64,000 bases of DNA, from contig OZ024745.1 of assembly GCA_964016885.1 (NCBI GenBank), forward strand, positions 102,486,001 to 102,550,000, in the 5' to 3' direction. How positions within the stretch are numbered: position 1 is the stretch's first letter; every line of letters starts with the position of its first letter. Under the pieces are notes generated by a model that did not search any database, was not told the origin of the DNA, and was given only the letters and a program-made list of their open reading frames with translations. The translations under genes and the position numbers were made by a program. Shown here in pieces: positions 41,568-53,573 of this stretch. This DNA comes from Eledone cirrhosa (taxonomy: Eukaryota).

Positions 41568-41572
41568 TACAC

Positions 41573-41631
<59 letters not shown>

Positions 41632-41865
41632 TACACATACACATATACATACATATATATATATATACACATATATATTATACACATATACATATATATA
41701 TACACACATATATATACACACACACATATATATACACACACACATATATATATACACACACACATATATATATACACACACACATATATATATACACACA
41801 CACATATATATATACACACACACATATATATATACACACATATATATACACACACACATATTATC

Positions 41866-41913
<48 letters not shown>
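38267..41913. repeat. Compound (TA)n/(CA)n microsatellite, ~3.6 kb
   Basis: Almost pure alternating purine-pyrimidine sequence. Confidence 0.98.
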
Positions 41914-41914
<1 letters not shown>

Positions 41915-41955
41915 ATGGCTGCCCCCTTGTTATCGAGTATGGCCATTGCACGCGG
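41914..41955 (-). mobile_element. Very short 3' terminus of an RTE-like element
   Basis: atggctgcc...tcgagtatggcca resembles the 3' terminus of the 22001/24690/27438 family, also abutting (TA)n. Confidence 0.55.
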
Positions 41956-41979
41956 AAAAAATAGATAAATAAAAAAAAG

Positions 41980-42018
<39 letters not shown>

Positions 42019-42209
42019 CATACATATACACACACATATACATATATATACACACACACATATATATATATATATACACATATACATATACACATATACA
42101 TATATATATACACGCATATACATATATACATTAATAATAATAATAACAACAACAACATACATACACACACAAACATATCTATACACAGACATACATACAC
42201 ACACACACG

Positions 42210-42710
42210 ATAGCAACTAACAGCGCTGCGATCGTATGTGGTTTTTTTAGCCCAAAACATTCATTGGGAATAGTCGGCAACCAAAACATTCGTTGGGAAT
42301 AGTCGGCAACCAAAACATTCGTTGGGAATAGTCGGCTGTGGTTGGAGTTCATATACTTTTGCATGTAGCTTGAGCCCTCCTGTTGTTTTACATTCTCTAC
42401 CACATGCTTGGCAAGCATGATGAGTAGCATCTCCAACAGCAGCCTGGCGGTCAACCACTGGTCTTACTCTATGACTGCGAAGATGACTTTCGAGTCCAGC
42501 TTTGCTTAGGCAGTCTGGCACAGACGCTGCATGTCAGCACCATAGGGGGACCCTCGCCGTCTGGAAGTGCAACAGCAATGCCCTTCCTCACATCCCGCTT
42601 TACTTTCTCGTATGCGATTCGAGATGCCTCAAAGGCAACTTTTCCCTCCTACACAGACTTTCTCCATTTATTACGATCAGCAGCAATATTTTCCCATGTA
42701 TCAACAGATG
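42210..42710 (-). mobile_element. RTE-like 3' fragment with C-terminal C2H2 fingers and a 29-bp x3 repeat
   Basis: [44 protein letters not shown]; ccaaaacattcgttgggaatagtcggcaa repeated at 42252-42336. Confidence 0.75.
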
Positions 42711-42742
42711 TATATATATGTATATATATATGTGTGTGTATA

Positions 42743-42790
<48 letters not shown>

Positions 42791-43247
42791 TACACACACA
42801 CATATACACATATATATATATACACATATATATACACACACACACATACACATATATATACACACACATACACATATATATACACACACACACATACACA
42901 TATACACACACATATACACACACATATACACATACACACACACATACACACATATACACATATATACACACATATATATACACACACACAGACACATATA
43001 TATACACACACATATACACATATATATACACACACATATACACATATATATACACACACATATACACATATATATACACACACATATACACATATATATA
43101 CACACACATATACACATATATATACACACACATATACACATATATATACACACACATATACACATATATATACACACACATACACACATATATATACACA
43201 CACATATATATACACACACATATACACATATATATACACATATATAT

Positions 43248-43280
<33 letters not shown>

Positions 43281-44290
43281 CATATATACACACACACACA
43301 CATATATATACACACACATATACACATATATACACACACATATACACATATATACACACACATATACACATATATACACACACATATACACATATATACA
43401 CACATATATACACACATATACACACATATATACACACATATACACATATATACACACACACATACACATATATACACAGACATATACACACGCACACATA
43501 TACACATATATATACACACACACATACATACACACACATACACACATATACACACACATATATATACACACACATATACACATATATATACACACACATA
43601 TACACACATATACATATATATATATACACACATATACATATATATATATATACACACATATACATATATATATATATACACACATATACATATATATACA
43701 CACATATACATATATACACACATATACATATATACACACATATACATATATACACACATATACATATCTACACATATACACATATCTATCTATCTATCTA
43801 AGGCAGGTAAAATTCCCGAGATCCATGGACGAGTTCTCTCCAGCGGTCTCTGTCCCTCATTGCTGCCATGTCCTGCATCTCCAACAGACCAGTGTCTGTC
43901 CTTAGGGCATCAACATACGTTAACTTTGGTCTTCCTCTTCTAGTATGTCCATGTAGGGGCTCCGAAATATATACACACAGACATACATATATATACACAT
44001 ATACACACATATATATATATACACACACATATACATATACACACACACATATATACACACACACACATATATACATATACACACATATACATATACACAC
44101 ATATACACATATATATATACACACATATACACATATATATATACACACACATATACACATATACACACACGTACATATATATACACATATACACACACAT
44201 ACAACTTTATATACACACACACATATACACACATATATACACACACACATATATACACACATATATACACGCACATACATACACACATAC

Positions 44291-44325
<35 letters not shown>

Positions 44326-44472
44326 TATATACACGCACATACATACACATATATATACACATACACACATATATACACATACATATATACATACACACAT
44401 ATATACACATACATATATACATACACACATATATACACATACATATATGCACATATATATATATACACATAC

Positions 44473-44503
<31 letters not shown>

Positions 44504-44530
44504 TACACATATATACACATACACACCCAT
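42711..44530. repeat. CA/TA microsatellite tracts flanking the 43787-43966 fragment
   Basis: Direct observation. Confidence 0.95.
43787..43966 (-). mobile_element. RTE-like 3' fragment with (TAGA)n tail
   Basis: EPLHGHTRRGRPKLTYVDALRTDTG..AMRDRDRWR; the stop codon runs straight into the tail. Confidence 0.78.
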
Positions 44531-44570
44531 AAGAAAATACATAAATATTATATATATATAAAAAATAAAA

Positions 44571-44793
44571 TGGTGGAAGAGGTAAATAAATAGTTGGGAA
44601 TACGACAAATAATAAATAAATAAATAAATAAATAAATAGATAAAAGGTATAAATGTTTATAGCTGATTCAGAGCACTGAAGTTCCTAGAGCAAATAATCA
44701 ATGAAAATAAACATTAAATCACTCTGTATGTAATTATGTATACATATATATATATATTAATTATATGCACACATATAATAATTATATGCACAA

Positions 44794-44840
<47 letters not shown>

Positions 44841-45537
44841 ACACATACATACACACACACACAGAAATAAATATCTATAAATAAAAAAGGTAGGTATGCA
44901 AAGGGTAAGGTAGAAAGGTTTAAATATAGGGGGAGATAAGGAAGAAAATGAATATAAGAGTACAGAAAGTGAGTTCAGAGAGTAATAAAAATCGTAGTGG
45001 ATGTAAGGCGTAGAGGGCAGAGAAGAATTTCAAGGTGGTTGAGTCATCGTAGGAATGTCAATCCAGTTACAGATCAGATGTGATTTCAGGCGAGGACAAC
45101 ATCTGAAGATCTCGGTCTTGGAGTTCAGGCAAGTTGAAGTGGCTTTCAAGTTTTGTAGAATCCTTTCTGTACTCTTATATTCTTTTTCTCCCTTATCTCC
45201 CCTCATATTTAAACTTTTTTCCTATGTTACTTATTTTCCTTATTCCCCCCTACTTTCTACCTTACCCTTTACATACCCACCTTTTTTATTTATAGATATT
45301 TATTTCTGTGTGTATGTATGTGTTATGTGTATGTGTATATATATATATGTGTATATAATTATTATATATATCTGTATGCATAATTACATACAGTGTGATT
45401 TAATGTTTATTTTCATTGATTATTTGCTCTAGGAACTTGAGTGCTCTGAATCAGCTATAAACATGTATACCTTTATCTATCTATTTATTTATTTATTATT
45501 TGTCGCATTCCCAATTATTTGTTTACCCCTTCCACCT
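44571..45537. repeat. Inner part of the inverted duplication (arms ~400 bp, spacer ~193 bp)
   Basis: 44571-44750 is the reverse complement of ~45370-45537; 44860-44969 is that of 45163-45310. Confidence 0.92.
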
Positions 45538-45974
45538 TTTTATATATATATATGTACTGTTGTATGTATGTACGTACGTACGTACGTACGTACGTATGTA
45601 TGTGTGTATGTGTGTGTGTGCGTGTGCGTGTGTTTATTTGTCTCGTTTCCTGTAACGCTGTCAACTTTATAATAATTTTAATTTTTACTTTTAATTTTCT
45701 TAAGTCGTATATTTTTAATTTTTTTATTTTGATGTGACGTCCTTTTGTATCATTAATTTTTTATTATTATTTTTTATTATATTTAATTGTCTGTGCGTAT
45801 GTACATATATCTATATATGTGTGTGTGTGTATATATGTGTGTATGTATGTGTGTATGTGTACGTGTATATATGTATGATTATATATATATATATATGTGT
45901 ATATATATATATGTGTATATATATATATATGCGTGTGTGTGTATGTGTGTATGTGTGTGTATATATATATATAT

Positions 45975-46245
45975 TGCCAAATCAACCTCCCAAATGCAAG
46001 GTGATTGAAAGGTATGTCGTATCTATTTATTTATAAGACTGTTTATATTGTATTTTGTCTGAAGAAGGCATAACATTGTTAATATGATATCCCTGAAATA
46101 TATATAACGAAATAAATATGGTTTTATAAATATAGTTTCCATTTATTTAATATCATAAATATACTCCAAATACTTGTTGAGTGCTTTTATATCAGTTATA
46201 AATATTTACTCGTTGTTAACCCAACAATTTAAATATAACTTTCCA
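45975..46245 (+). mobile_element. Penelope-like terminal remnant in (TA)n
   Basis: Homologous to 29297-29610, TA-flanked, contains a hammerhead motif. Confidence 0.7.
46051..46114 (+). ncRNA. Candidate type I hammerhead ribozyme with palindromic stem III
   Basis: tattttgt-CTGAAGA-aggcata...tatccct-GAA-ATATATAT-A-acgaaata: 8-bp stem I, agg/cct stem II, AUA cleavage triplet. Confidence 0.7.
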
Positions 46246-48149
46246 TGTATATATATATATATATATATATAAATGAAAGGTATAGAAAATATTGTAGCAA
46301 AAAGCCAACAGTATTCCATAATATATAAGTGACTATAGCGTCAAAATGGGAAAAATAGTTAACGTAAGATGTGGGAAAGCTAATTCAAACTCAACTCAAA
46401 AAGAATCAGGATATAGATCCATCCAACAGAATTTAGTGAAATCCAGGGAAAAATCAATTGAGCCTTAACTCATGATAAAATAAAGTTTAAAATACTCATC
46501 CTTCAATTTGGGACAACTACAAATGGTCTGTATAGTCTTGAAGACTATTTCACGAAACCTTTCAGTGGAGATGGTCCCGGTTGGAATTCGGTCGGGGTGG
46601 GGTGCGCGCGTGCGCGTGCGCGTGCGCGTGTGTGTGTGTTTCCTTCTTCCTTTCCCAGCCTCACTTTCATATAGATTATATTCTTGTTTTTAAAATCCAC
46701 TGTCAATAACTACACCAGGATTTTTTCCATTCTGATGGCTGAAAGCAAATTTCGTTTGCTTTCAAGAATGAAATAATTATCTTATGTTTATTACATAACT
46801 ATTGGGCTCTGTAACCTACATAGAGCACTCTTTTTCCCTGGGCCTTTCCGACGGAATTACTTCATTCACACACGCATATATATATATATATATATTTATA
46901 TACACACACACACACAAAAAGGTATCTATATGTACATATACTCATATACACATAAATATATATATATTAATTTTATTATTATTATTTTTTTATTATATTT
47001 ATATTTAATTGTCTGTGCGTATGTACATATATCTAGCATTTGTGTGTGTGTACACGAGTACATATATACATATACACACCAGTATATAGATATATATGAA
47101 TGTGTTTCCACATGCATGCAATAAGCTGGATATATAACCATTTGTTCTTCATTCCTCTCTTTTTTTCTTGCACACTCCAGTTCAGCCCTTCTGGATATGG
47201 AAACAATTCCAAAACAAATCTTTTGATAGGTTTACTGCAAACTCGGGTTTCCATTAAATTATATCGCCTGAAGTTGTTTTTAACAGTAAAAAAACGACTA
47301 GAAGATAGTACAAAAAGACAAGAAAACAGAGTAAGAATTTTAACTTCTGTCTTCTTAAGGGAAGAAAACAACATATTTGTGTAGCCCAGCACATTTTCTT
47401 TTGAAACAATTTTCACCAAGTACGCTAAGTTGCAAGGTTACATTATCTCTAGTTAACTTCAAACAATTGAAGAGAGTTTCTTGTGTAAACCAATAATTTA
47501 TAGAATTCTTGCAAACACATAAGATCATGTACACAATACATTTAACTAACCATAGCTTGGCAGTTTCTTTTATAATTTTCTGCCATGTCATTTTGTTTCC
47601 TTTTAGATTTTTGTCTTATTTTACTTGGCTTCTATACTTCACAACAGGTTAAATAATCTTTACATTTTCTTTGATGTATTATTTTATTTTTTTCTATTAA
47701 GAAATATATTCAAGATTTGACTTAGGAATATCCTCTCAAGCAAATGCTGTCACCATATTTGTCGCACAAACAAGAGACTTTATATGTATACCATTGAAAT
47801 AAACTTTTTTCATAGCTTTCCATGTTTTTCTGTTAATCCATATCAGACTTTTACTTGTCCATATAATACTAAAAGATCCACCATGATAAAGACTTCAGTC
47901 ATACAATTGTTAAAAGAAACTCTAGAGTGTTGATTTAATTATGAACTTAATTATTTCTTATGTAAAGAAATATGTTAGAATTTATTTTTTGAAAGAGCAA
48001 GAAGCTATAATTGACTGGAATAACCTCTTTGTTAGTATTTGTTTTATGAGCCCCAGATTGAGAAATATAACCAAGATAGGATTTGAGCTCAGAACCATAA
48101 TGTATTAACCTAGATCAGAGGTTCTCAAAGTGGGCACTACGATAATAAT

Positions 48150-48290
48150 GTGTTTCTACTTTAGGCACAAGGCCAGCAATTTGGGGAAGGGGAAAGTCGA
48201 TTAAATCGACCCAAGTGCATTACTGGTGCTTTATTTTATTGACCCCGTAAAGATGAAAGGCAAAGCTAACCTTGGTGGGATTTTATATTC
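48150..48290 (-). mobile_element. SINE 3' part
   Basis: Family match (tgtttctactttaggcacaaggccagcaatt...). Confidence 0.8.
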
Positions 48291-48424
48291 GATACATCTA
48301 TCATCATTCATTAGTACTGCTAACTATCATTCCTTTACATATTGACATTCATTCATTCTCTCTTACCATCACTCATCCCAAATTCTCACCACTTGCTCTC
48401 TCTCTCATATTGTTCCCATCCCTA

Positions 48425-48592
48425 TCGGTAGAGTGTCGGACGCCATGCTTTGATGCATAGAGTTACGGCCCTTGCCATTCTGAGTTCAAATCCTGCCGAG
48501 GTTAACTTTGCCTTTCATCCTTATGGGGTCGATAAAATAAAGTACCAGTAATGCACTGGGTTATGCTGGCCTTGTGCCAAAAGTAGAAACAA
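48425..48592 (+). mobile_element. SINE
   Basis: atcggtagag...ctgagttcaaatcc (B box)...gtagaaacaata. Confidence 0.85.
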
Positions 48593-49342
48593 TAATTTAC
48601 TCTCACACTTCCTCTATCAACCTGTCTCCTTCCCTCTTGCCTTCTCTGCTTCCAGCATACTAGTCATACCGAGTTTCTATTCAAGTCATTTAACTTACAA
48701 ACATGGCTTCTATCACACTATCACCTTTTTTCTCTCTAGTCTTACTTCCTCCTTTACTATTGTCTTTCCTCTATCATTTTTTTTCTTCACCTTGGTTCTC
48801 TTTCACTCATTTACTATTTTATTCACTCAGAGATTTTGTTTTAATGAAGAGAGACACTGTAGAGAAGTGAGAACATTTAGATGTTGCAAGGGACAAGACA
48901 GCATCAGTGGTGCTGATGTCATGACAAAATTCATCTAATACACTGTGTAGTGGTTGGCAGGCATGCAAACAAAAGCATTGTAAAGTCAGTCAAGAAGTCT
49001 CTAGTCTTCTTGAAGACATAGCTACCTCACTAGAACTGGTGTTATGATGAAATGCATGTACTACCCTCTGTAAGGTAGCTCATACTTAGAGGGGTACCCA
49101 GCTATATAAACCATGCCAAAATGAAACATGAACATTAAATGTGGCCCTGACCTGTCTATGAAGGCAGTAGATCTGAATAAAAACTAAAATCTCTGATGAG
49201 CTGCCAATCCATGCCAGCATCATGAAAAGTGGATGTAAATTGATAAATAGGAAGATGATCAGAAGGGATAATCAGATGTAATTAGGAATTAGAAGAGAAT
49301 AGAATGACATAAGTTTGCTTTTTTTTATTATTTGATATTAAC

Positions 49343-49553
49343 AGGGCAGTGGTTTGGCAGAATCGGTAGAGCGTTGGACAACATGCTTTTCAATATAGAG
49401 TTACGGTCCTTTACATTCTGAGGGCAAATCCCACCGAGATTAGCTTTGCCTTTCATCCTTGTGGGCTCGATGAAATCAAGCACCATTAATGCACTGGGGT
49501 CGATTTAATCACCCCCCCCCCCCTAAATTGCTGGCCTTGTGCCTAAAGTAGAA
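49343..49553 (+). mobile_element. Full-length tRNA-derived SINE with 15-bp TSD
   Basis: A-box-like tggcagaatcggtagagc; TSD ttatttgatattaac at 49328-49342 and 49557-49571. Confidence 0.88.
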
Positions 49554-49582
49554 AATTTATTTGATATTAACTTCATAATAAT

Positions 49583-49768
49583 TGTTTCTATTTTTGACAA
49601 GGCCAGCAATTACCCCAGTACATTACTGGTACTTTATTTTATCGACTCCGTAAGGATGTAAAGCAAAGTTAACCTCGGCGGGATTTGAACTCAGAATGGC
49701 AAGGACCGTAACTATGCATCAAAGCATGGTGTCCGATCCTCTACTGATACTGCCAATCAACTGCCCTG
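49583..49768 (-). mobile_element. SINE, tail-to-tail with the preceding copy
   Basis: Reverse complement of the same family. Confidence 0.85.
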
Positions 49769-50765
49769 ATTAATTTTATAATAATTAATACAAAACATTT
49801 GTAATCTATTTAAATAAAACTATATTTCATAATTAAAATCAAAATAGATTAATTTGACATTCTTTTTAATAGAAATTATTGAAAACAAATATTGAGCCTA
49901 ATGGCAAGTACAGATTTTCTATATATTGGGTCATAAGGCTGACAAAGCAACTCATATTTCTTCATCAACCATGTTCAGTTTTTTGCTTTTCTTAGTTTTT
50001 ATGTTAACTAACGTACAGAAGCTGCATTCACACAAATAAGTTATAGAGAAATGAAGCAGAATTATCAAAGCTTTTTAAGTTATTGTGTGATACTGCATTT
50101 CATTTTCTAACAGGAAACAACCTAATTCCAATTTTAGTTTTAAGAATAGCCCACTCACCAGTTTAATAGTTTCTTCTATTTTTTTATTTTTTTCCTCACG
50201 TAATTCATAAATTGCTGATCTTATGAATAATCTAGCAATCCATGCCCCACACTAAAATCCAGAAAATAAATTTCAATTTTTTTTCTTCATTAATTCCAAA
50301 TGATCAGAATTAATTTGTTGATATTTAACCATTTGCTGGAGGCATTTGTTCTGGGAAATATGCTAACATTCCCATGTCTTCCTACATTAAGCGAAAATTG
50401 TGTCTTTTAAAAAAAAATTTTTTAAAGCATGAATCTTAAAGGGATAGCAGTATAGTTTCCTTCTTTCTCTGCTTGTTAGGAATACAGCTCATCTAGAATT
50501 TCAAATATATTAGACAAATAAGCTATCGTTGAACACTAAAATTCATGTTTACTGTTCACAAAATGTGTGTGTTGCTGTCACAAACATTCTGTACATTTAG
50601 TACATTTCATAAATATAATACATAATTCCTCGAAAGATAACGAACTTCAATGTGGAAAAGAAGTGTTTTATGTTTTAAAATATCTGATGAAATTATTTCT
50701 TAAGACATGTTTGGTTAAGTTTTATGCTTCAAAACGATATGATTTTGAGTTCAGTCACACTGCAT

Positions 50766-51399
50766 TGTCACCTATTACAATAATTCCAGCCATGCCAACC
50801 CATATTAACCCAAACGGAGAGTACCATGAAAAAACGTGCCCCAGAACGAGGAGAAATGAGACAAAATGGGGAGATTTCCATAATGAAAGCTATACCCATT
50901 TTCACAAGAGAAGACATCTCTCACCCACCCCAAAGGTGGAGAGAGATCTTCCCGTCGGGCGGGGAGAGTTGACAGGTCTGTAAGGCTAACTAATTAATTT
51001 GTAGTGACCTACATTCCGAGGGCCCATGGATACATTCTCCGTACGTTGTTTGGCTCAGTTCAGCCAATCGCTATCAGCGTAGGAGAATGTATCTCGACTT
51101 CCGCCCACAAGGAAAAATTCCCGCGGCAATGCAAAAATCTCTCTCTTGCTGCTTTGGACTCTAAAAGGTGAACACGTAATAATGTAACGGTGAGAATTTC
51201 ACTTTGGCCTGTCGGCCGCCTTTGGCCCGGCACGGCGCCTTTTCTTTACTTCTTAAAACTCTTAATTTTGTTTGTTCTCTTCTTTGACTGGTCAACCCAG
51301 CTTAACTTTTGTGGTCGCTTGTAAATAAAGCTTGTAAAATATTATAAAGTCTCGTAATATTTTCTACAAAGCCTGCAATGAACTACAACTACTTCAACA
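50766..51399 (+). mobile_element. Possible solo LTR
   Basis: TGT...ACA ends, GC-richer island, AATAAA near 51324, internal hairpin at ~51028-51093; no clean TSD. Confidence 0.35.
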
Positions 51400-51486
51400 A
51401 ACATTCACTTTATGGCTTACTTTGCCTCTGTCTTACTTAACAAACCTTACATTTCTCACTATAACAAATAACAACCATGTTATAAT

Positions 51487-51692
51487 TGTTTCTACTTTAG
51501 GCACAGGGCCAGCAATTACCCAGTGCATTACTGGTACTTTATTTTATCGACCCCGTAAGGATGAAAGGCAAAGTCAACCTCGGCGGGATTTGAACTCAGA
51601 TCGTAAAGGGACGTAAAGGATCGTAAAGGGACGTAACTATGCTGGAAAGCATGGGGTCCGACCCTCTACCGATACTGCCAATCCACCGCCCT
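51487..51692 (-). mobile_element. SINE with a short internal duplication
   Basis: Family match; gatcgtaaagggacgtaa occurs twice at ~51599-51636. Confidence 0.85.
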
Positions 51693-52039
51693 TGTTATCA
51701 TAATAACCACTAAAAATACCCTTCGTTAAAAATTCTTTGGAATTCTTCGGAAGACAAATTGCAAGAAAGCCTATCATATGTGTACCTATATACACACACA
51801 CAAATATTGTGGGAATGTGTGTGTGTGTAGGGGGGGGGGGTCTATTTGTGTACGCCAGTCACTACAAACGAATCAGTACCATTTATAAAAAGTGGGTAGT
51901 GACATTGCGTCCTGTGTAAGGGATATATCATGCAGTGTAATAGCTGTTTTTGTAATTGGTGTGAGCTTGTTTACTACTTATCTCAGAACATCGATGTAGG
52001 TACACATTCTCAACGAGTACCCTCCACCACTAACTAACT

Positions 52040-52265
52040 TGCCCTCCGCTCCGTGGGTCCCGGCCGACAGGATGGAGAATAAATTGCCCCGGTGGACGGC
52101 GAGGGAGACGCGCTGAAACAGCCACTCTACCTTGAGGGGCTTGCACCTGCGAGCGGCCAAGTCCATCCCGACAGCAGTGAGTAGGGATGTGGTCCGAAAA
52201 CGAAGAACGCTGGAGGTCTCCAGACCGGTTCATACTTGGACAGTTTGCCCTCTTTGGCTTGGCAG
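52040..52265 (-). mobile_element. CRE-like RLE retrotransposon C-terminal fragment
   Basis: WLFQRVSLAVHRGNLFSIL resembles the LFQR.S.AVQRGN terminus of CRE-type RLE domains. Confidence 0.6.
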
Positions 52266-53337
52266 GCAGCAAAGAAAAAGATATCGACTGGTGAAATAAA
52301 TAAGTCTCCTCAAAAATCCATGCAAGAATGAAACGGGGAAAAAAAAAAAAAAAAAAAAAAAAAATCGACAATGATAATGATGACCCGAGCGTGATTTCAG
52401 ATGCCGACTTTTAATAAAATTGACAGTCTTTATATCATTCGTAATAGTTTGTAGTTCTTGATATATCGGTTTTGAAGCGAAAGAATTATACATGAATTAA
52501 GTAACAACAAGCAATTTTATTTGTCACCATAACCATCATCGTAATATTACAAATAAAAAGAAAGACAAACGAAAGAAAAAGGAAAAAAAAAAACATACAC
52601 AAGCAGGTAATACACACATCTAGGACCACAATTAAAAGGTAGGCGAAAGGGGTGGACAAACGAACCGCTGCCAGAGCAAGTTCTCCCACGCCTGTTGCAC
52701 AAAAACAAAAAAAAAAAAATCGAAAGCTAAGCATACAAATGGCATATAGCCATATATAATGGAAATTAGTTTTTACATTTCAAGATTTTTTTTTTTATAC
52801 ACATTGCTTCTAAATAGATTTTATATTTATCATTTTTATACTATATTTAAAAGGAGTTATATATTAAAATAGATGGACAATAAATTAGAAAATAATGACA
52901 AATAATTATTGACAGAAAATTAATTTTCCCCACCAGGTGATAAATGATAACTTTTATATAGATTTGAAGAGATGTTTGTAACATGTCGCTTTTAATTACA
53001 TTTAAAATTATTATTTGAGTTATGTATTTGAAAGGGAAAAAATAGCATGGTAAAATAAATGAAAACATCGTAAAATAATGAAAAATAATAATTGTCCTAA
53101 AATAAAAGTTATGAAGATGTTCTATATTTCTTTTATTGGTTTCTATATTTTCTAAATTATATTCTTAATTGTATTTGTTTGCAATCATAAATAATTCTGT
53201 CAGGCACGAGATGAGTATATTTTGTTTATTTATTCGTTCAGCTTTTGGAAAATGTTGGCTTTACCATGGAAACAAAGCAACGTCTTTTAAAACCTACTTA
53301 AGAGTAAAGAAAAAATATATACATATATTAAATATAT

Positions 53338-53505
53338 ACATACCTTAAATAACCGCCATCTTTCGGTCTTCAGAAGTTAAGGACTGAAATACCTGCTTGA
53401 GTGGGCGTTTCTTCTCCGAAGACCTTCTGCTATCCAGCTCTCTCCTGAGAGTTTCTTTCCACTACGATATAACGTTTATGATAGTGACGTAACTTGGCAC
53501 GTGAG
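53338..53505 (-). promoter_or_regulatory. Candidate promoter and first exon of a leftward transcript
   Basis: E-box cacgtg (53498), CRE-like tgacgtaa (53485), YY1-like aagatggcgg (53353-53362, minus), donor AAG|gtatgt at 53344/53343. Confidence 0.35.
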
Positions 53506-53573
53506 TCTTTGACGAAATATTATTCCTAAGCATTTAAGCATGGTTTCTATTTTTGTTAAATTAATAACAAATT

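Larger units (their letters stand above)
45628..46802. repeat. Outer right arm of the inverted duplication (with its own insertions)
   Basis: Matches 17527-18208 inverted; interrupted at ~45975-46600. Confidence 0.88.

Noticed and set aside
46725-46772. Hammerhead-like CTGATG(A/G)-ct-GAAA motif (also at 17575-17620, minus)
   Set aside because: No stem II, and stem I does not pair next to the putative cleavage site; it reads as a simple hairpin
47033-47591. Minus-strand ORFs as host exons
   Set aside because: No recognisable domain; splice signals weak and frames inconsistent
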